From: Antedon mediterranea
Lineage: Eukaryota; Animalia; Echinodermata
DNA: 64,000 bases
NCBI RefSeq assembly: GCF_964355755.1
Contig: NC_092679.1
Span: forward strand, 898,201 to 962,200
Direction: 5' to 3'
Shown here piece after piece: positions 12,372-64,000 of the stretch. The position numbers and the translations under genes were made by a program. Position 1 is the first letter of the stretch. Every line of letters begins with the position of its first letter. The notes under the pieces are model-generated. The model had not been told where the DNA came from. It saw only the letters and a list, made by a program, of their open reading frames with translations, and did no database searches.

Positions 12372-12484
12372 TTTTTAGTCGCGTGGACGCGACTCTATAG
12401 TTCACTATGTCGGTCGGTCGGTCTGTCGGTCGGTCCGGCATCACTATGCGTTTTAGCACGCGACTTATGGCTGTTGGCCTTGTT
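12372..12484 (+). mobile_element. Short HINE/DINE-1-like (Helentron-associated) element
   Basis: T-run, AGTCGCGTGGACGCGACT 5' inverted repeat, (GTCG)n microsatellite, CACGCGACT sub-terminal repeat, 3' GGCTGTTGGCC hairpin; interrupts module A at a T-run. Confidence 0.7.
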
Positions 12485-12972
12485 AGCAAAAATCCTTGTA
12501 CTATAGTACAGGGATTTTTTTCCAAAAATGGCCAAAATATCAAGTTTTTAAAATTCATTTATTATGTTATAATATTTTTCTGTATGATCATATATTGCTT
12601 TATCATCACCTTGTAGTACCATAGACACCAGTTTTATCGAAAAATAAAAGGGTCGAAAAATTGCCATTTTTGGAAAAAATCCCTGTACATTTTATGTGCT
12701 GTAATTACAAACTATTTGTCAATATACAGTCCATTCATTTTTTGGTAAAAGCCACCAAATTATATCCATTTCTGAATTAAATTATTTTCATTATATTCCC
12801 AAGGTTTGGTGTGAAAAAAAAACAGCCAAGGAATACTTGTTGTGTAGGTTTATTGCTACAGTAGTGATCACAACAAATGCAAAAAAAAATATCTCTTAAA
12901 ATAATAACATGCATGTGCTAAATCTTGAAAATGATCTCATTGACAAACTGCAAGCAAGGATAGTGTTTGATG

Positions 12973-13165
12973 ATTATGACATCATCATTATGACATCATC
13001 AACATGACATCATCATTGACATCATGACATCATCATTATGACATCATCATTATGACATCATAATCATGACATCATAATCATGACATCAGCATTATGACAT
13101 CAGCATTATGACATCATAATTATGACATCATAATTATGACATCATCATTATGACATCATCAACAT
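12973..13165. repeat. ~14-bp degenerate tandem repeat
   Basis: (ATTATGACATCATC)n variants. Confidence 0.85.
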
Positions 13166-15256
13166 AATTAAATTAACTGATGACTCTCATTCATTTCCAT
13201 CTACACTTAATTAAAATTTAAATATTTTACAAACTTCATTTGTTAAAAAAAAACTTAAATTACATATTTTGTACATACAAAAGGCACCAAGGGTTGATTG
13301 GTTGGTTCTTATCACAGATCCCCATAGACACTAATTTGTAATGTATCCATGGTAATGAAAATAACACGTCTATTTCATTAGATTTATAAAAACAATAATA
13401 TTCTTAGTAAGAGACTATAAGTAAATAGTTAATATCTTGTTTTGATATTTTTAAATTTCTACAAACAATAATTTCATAATTATAATAATAATATATCTAT
13501 CTTTTTATATCCACTGTGTTACTTTTAAAGTATACAATGAAATCACTTCTAACAAAAATTGGCAATTCATATGTTTTCATGATCAGAAATATTACTTCAA
13601 ATTTAGGCATTAAAGAATGTTAATTTATACATTAATAAAAATAAAGTGTATCTCTTAGGAACAGCATAGTAGGCCTACTGTACATGATGCATACGTACAG
13701 CAAATGAATATAAAATCTACATAAAGTACATACTTGAATGCTGGGCAATGCTTCTTAACATTTCCCACTTTTACTGCAGTTCTACAGTATTTTACCACAG
13801 TTGCTGCAGTATTTTCTTTTAATACAGCAGGTAGTTGCCATACATCAATCAAGTTGTTCTTCTAAATATTTTAGTAATCTTCTTAATAGAAATATGATTA
13901 TAGTATTAGTAGTTGGACGGATAGGCCTTCTGCTAGCAAATTTTGGATTTTAAATATTTGAATAAGTTTCAATTTGCTATAAAATATCTACTTTGTGCTT
14001 TAACGATATGTTATCCTTCTATGTTAAGACAGAAACTAATTTTGTGCACCATTAACTATTGAATACTAGGTTTTAAACCAAATTATGAACATCTAAAGGT
14101 TTTATTATCATCATATTATGCTGTTCACTCCATATTTACAAACATTATTTCTTGTATGGGGAATGAACATTAATAAATACAAGGTGACATTATTCACATG
14201 GAATGCTGCTGCTGCCCTCAATCCCAAATTACCACCCCCATGGCAACCATGGTAAACAATCTTTATACATTAAAAACACAATCAATTTTTGTACATTTTG
14301 TGATGTAAACAAAGATATTGTACCCTTACACAAAAACTGTATAATTCAAGTACCACCACAATTTCACTATGAAAATAAATATATAAGAATTACTTAAGAA
14401 CATAATGTACAATATATTTGTTTTTTGTTTAATAAGCAGCTGTATTTGTGAAAAATAAAGAAATGGATGAGAAACAACTTAAGTTCCTTTTAGCTGATAA
14501 CACACCATACCAATATCCATGAGCGTGTGGTAAGTCACATTCAGAATAAGCCTTATATGATATGACAAGGCTTGGTCACCCCTCTATGAAATGAGCTTTA
14601 AACTTGGCAGCTACAATGTATCTCTGTGCACTAACAATTGCATGCTGGGAAGAGGTGTCTGAATCGGCTTCATTGTTGTTATGGCAGTACACGTCTTTTG
14701 TTGCTAAGTAACAGCATACTACATATCATCACAGACTAGTTAATCTTCTTGTTACCACAGCAACTGTTCCATTAAACAAAGAATAATATTTTAATAATAA
14801 AAATTTCTTTTGGTCACAAGAATAATTACAATCAGTGATTGGTCCCACATAACGATAAAGTAGAATTTTTCTTGATAACGTTGAATTCAAATGTCATTAT
14901 AGTGAGATTCGCTATCTCACCCATAATTTCTCACTTCCGTTGCCACTATTTCAAAGATATTCTGGATGAAAAACACAAAATCTGGGACAAGCTGAGAGAT
15001 ACGATACGTCCTTCATTACCTTTACTCAAACTTGAACCAAAAGGTATCAATATAAAAAGAAGGACCAACTTTAAAATATACAAACATTTCCGTAAAAGAC
15101 AAAGTTGTAAAATTCTGTATACTTTAAATAAAATATGCTATAAAATAAAAATTGGTTTGAAAACATAGTTTATATATGGCGGCGGCAGGTGTGTGTACAA
15201 GAAGTCCATGTGATGTTGATAGGTGGTTTGAATACAAGCGAGTGTCAAACATAAGA

Positions 15257-62058
<46,802 letters not shown>

Positions 62059-62744
62059 CTACAAATGATAAAAATAATTATTATGATTTAATTGTACGGA
62101 CAATTCACAATGAAGCGTTAAGGATGTTGGACTCTTCACAAACTTACTCTGGACTTATAATATGCGTAGGGAAACTAAAAAATGAAAGGGTTGGTACAAA
62201 TGGCTGACATTTGCATCAGTGTTGTTGAATACAACAGCCCATTCTCGTTCAGATGTTTGATAATTTTGGCCGCAATGCTTCAGTCATCAAGAAATTGATA
62301 GGGCAATCAATTTTCAGACACACACATTTTCATTTCTTTGGAACTTAAAATATTTATATATTCAAATGTTCATACAAATTTCAAAAGCACATGACTGAGA
62401 GTTTCTGTTCATGGCCAAATGTTAAACACGAATGTTGTTAAACATAAATATCAACAACTATGCTTTTGAAACTTCACGGTGTCATCTTGTATGCGATATA
62501 AAACACATAATGACGTCGTCAAGTTGAGAAACGTGTTTAATAACTCGCTTTTGGCGCTTCATGTCCTGTTTTAATGTCCCACAGACAACATGAAACATTC
62601 TTGCATGTTTTATAATTTATTAATGTCATATAAAGTAGATGGATGGCAGCTCACATCACTCAAAAGTCAACCGCATAATTGTACATTACAAGGAAATGTG
62701 TCATTATCCTTTATTCACAAAGAATTGTTGAATATTCATTAATA

Positions 62745-62868
62745 AAAAAGTATGATGTGGCCAAATATGATATTGATATGCTCAAATATGGTAGTGATAT
62801 GACATCATCATGTCCATATATGGGCACATCACATTTTTTTGTCACATAAATTTTGATAGTGTAGAGCT
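62745..62868. mobile_element. Harbinger-type MITE copy (partial)
   Basis: Core plus degenerate TIR. Confidence 0.75.
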
Positions 62869-62955
62869 TTATATTGGTACTAAACAAAAAAGTTTGTTAA
62901 AAAAGATACGGTATTCCTTTTTATTTTAAAATCTCAAGTGGAATTGCTGTACAAA

Positions 62956-63601
62956 GTTATGTATAAGTATGTTTGTTATGTATAAGTATGTTTGTTATGT
63001 ATAAGTATGTTTGTTATGTATAAGTATGTTTGTTATGTATAAGTATGTTTGTTATGTATAAGTATGTTTGTTATGTATAAGTATGTTTGTTATGTATAAG
63101 TATGTTTGTTATGTATAAGTATGTTTGTTATGTATAAGTATGTTTGTTATGTATAAGTATGTTTGTTATGTATAAGTATGTTTGTTATGTATAAGTATGT
63201 TTGTTATGTATAAGTATGTTTGTTATGTATAAGTATGTTTGTTATGTATAAGTATGTTTGTTATGTATAAGTATGTTTGTTATGTATAAGTATGTTTGTT
63301 ATGTATAAGTATGTTTGTTATGTATAAGTATGTTTGTTATGTATAAGTATGTTTGTTATGTATAAGTATGTTTGTTATGTATAAGTATGTTTGTTATGTA
63401 TAAGTATGTTTGTTATGTATAAGTATGTTTGTTATGTATAAGTATGTTTGTTATGTATAAGTATGTTTGTTATGTATAAGTATGTTTGTTATGTATAAGT
63501 ATGTTTGTTATGTATAAGTATGTTTGTTATGTATAAGTATGTTTGTTATGTATAAGTATGTTTGTTATGTATAAGTATGTTTGTTATGTATAAGTATGTT
63601 T
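62956..63601. repeat. 19-bp minisatellite, 34 copies
   Basis: GTTATGTATAAGTATGTTT, no variants seen. Confidence 0.95.
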
Positions 63602-64000
63602 GTTTTATGTTGGAAATATCTTTCATTTTTATTGCCTCAAACAACCGTCGGCATTTCACACAAGATAATTACAAAGTAATAATTTGCTCCGATGCCATTC
63701 TGCTACAGAAGTAGTACTATAATACATAAAACATATTGACTTTCAACAGAAACTGTATAATAAGCCTTACATTCTAAAGATATAATTATGGGAAAACAAG
63801 CAACTTCATTTGTAATATGACAAGTTACACTGATCAAATTTCCGTGCGAATTTCCTGTTCCGAAGGTGAGAATAAAATCAAACAAATAGAGAAACGAGTG
63901 TTGTTTTATGTACATACGATTTGTGAATGTATATTAAGGATTATGTTACATTTCGGCTAACAGTTCAAACAGATTGTTTTCCAAACAAACAAACATTGTC

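Larger units (their letters stand above)
7112..12690. repeat. Mosaic multi-module satellite array
   Basis: Interleaved ~185-bp module A (palindrome centred on GTACTATAGTAC), hairpin module B (GCCTAAGTCA-CACAGC-TGACTTAGGC, about 16 copies) and ~220-bp module C (6 copies). Confidence 0.92.

Noticed and set aside
13281-13317. miR-124 seed match (GTGCCTT) and K-box (CTGTGATA) on the minus strand downstream of Jagged
   Set aside because: The 3' UTR extent and taxon are unknown, and single 7-8-mers are expected by chance in several kb.
62148-62250. Possible Jagged first exon upstream of a GTAAGT donor
   Set aside because: The frame required to join the C2 exon contains a TAG and encodes no signal peptide.
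63703-63915. ORF as Jagged signal-peptide exon
   Set aside because: Its GTAAGG donor would be phase 1, whereas phase 0 is required, and the phase-0 frame has a stop.

Overview
AT-rich, intron-containing animal genomic DNA, most likely a marine invertebrate (the taxon cannot be fixed from sequence). Two convergent spliced genes were reconstructed by hand from GT-AG boundaries and reading-frame continuity. (1) Plus strand, 1-5671: the 3' part (12 exons, about 643 aa visible, all introns phase 1) of a probable innate-immune adaptor with two degenerate TIR-like domains, a low-complexity linker with TRAF6-type motifs and a C-terminal death domain. (2) Minus strand, 62058-15257: a Jagged/Serrate Notch ligand (24 exons, about 1231 aa; C2/MNNL, DSL, 16 EGF, vWC, TM, PDZ-type tail; the signal-peptide exon was not found) whose Notch-binding DSL loop is unusually divergent. 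Between the genes lies a 5.5 kb mosaic array of palindromic modules with piggyBac-like ends and a HINE-like insert. The introns carry about 13 copies of a Harbinger-type MITE, nested hAT-like elements, a 1401-bp near-perfect tandem duplication, tRNA-derived elements and several minisatellites. Most ORFs in the supplied track are spurious.
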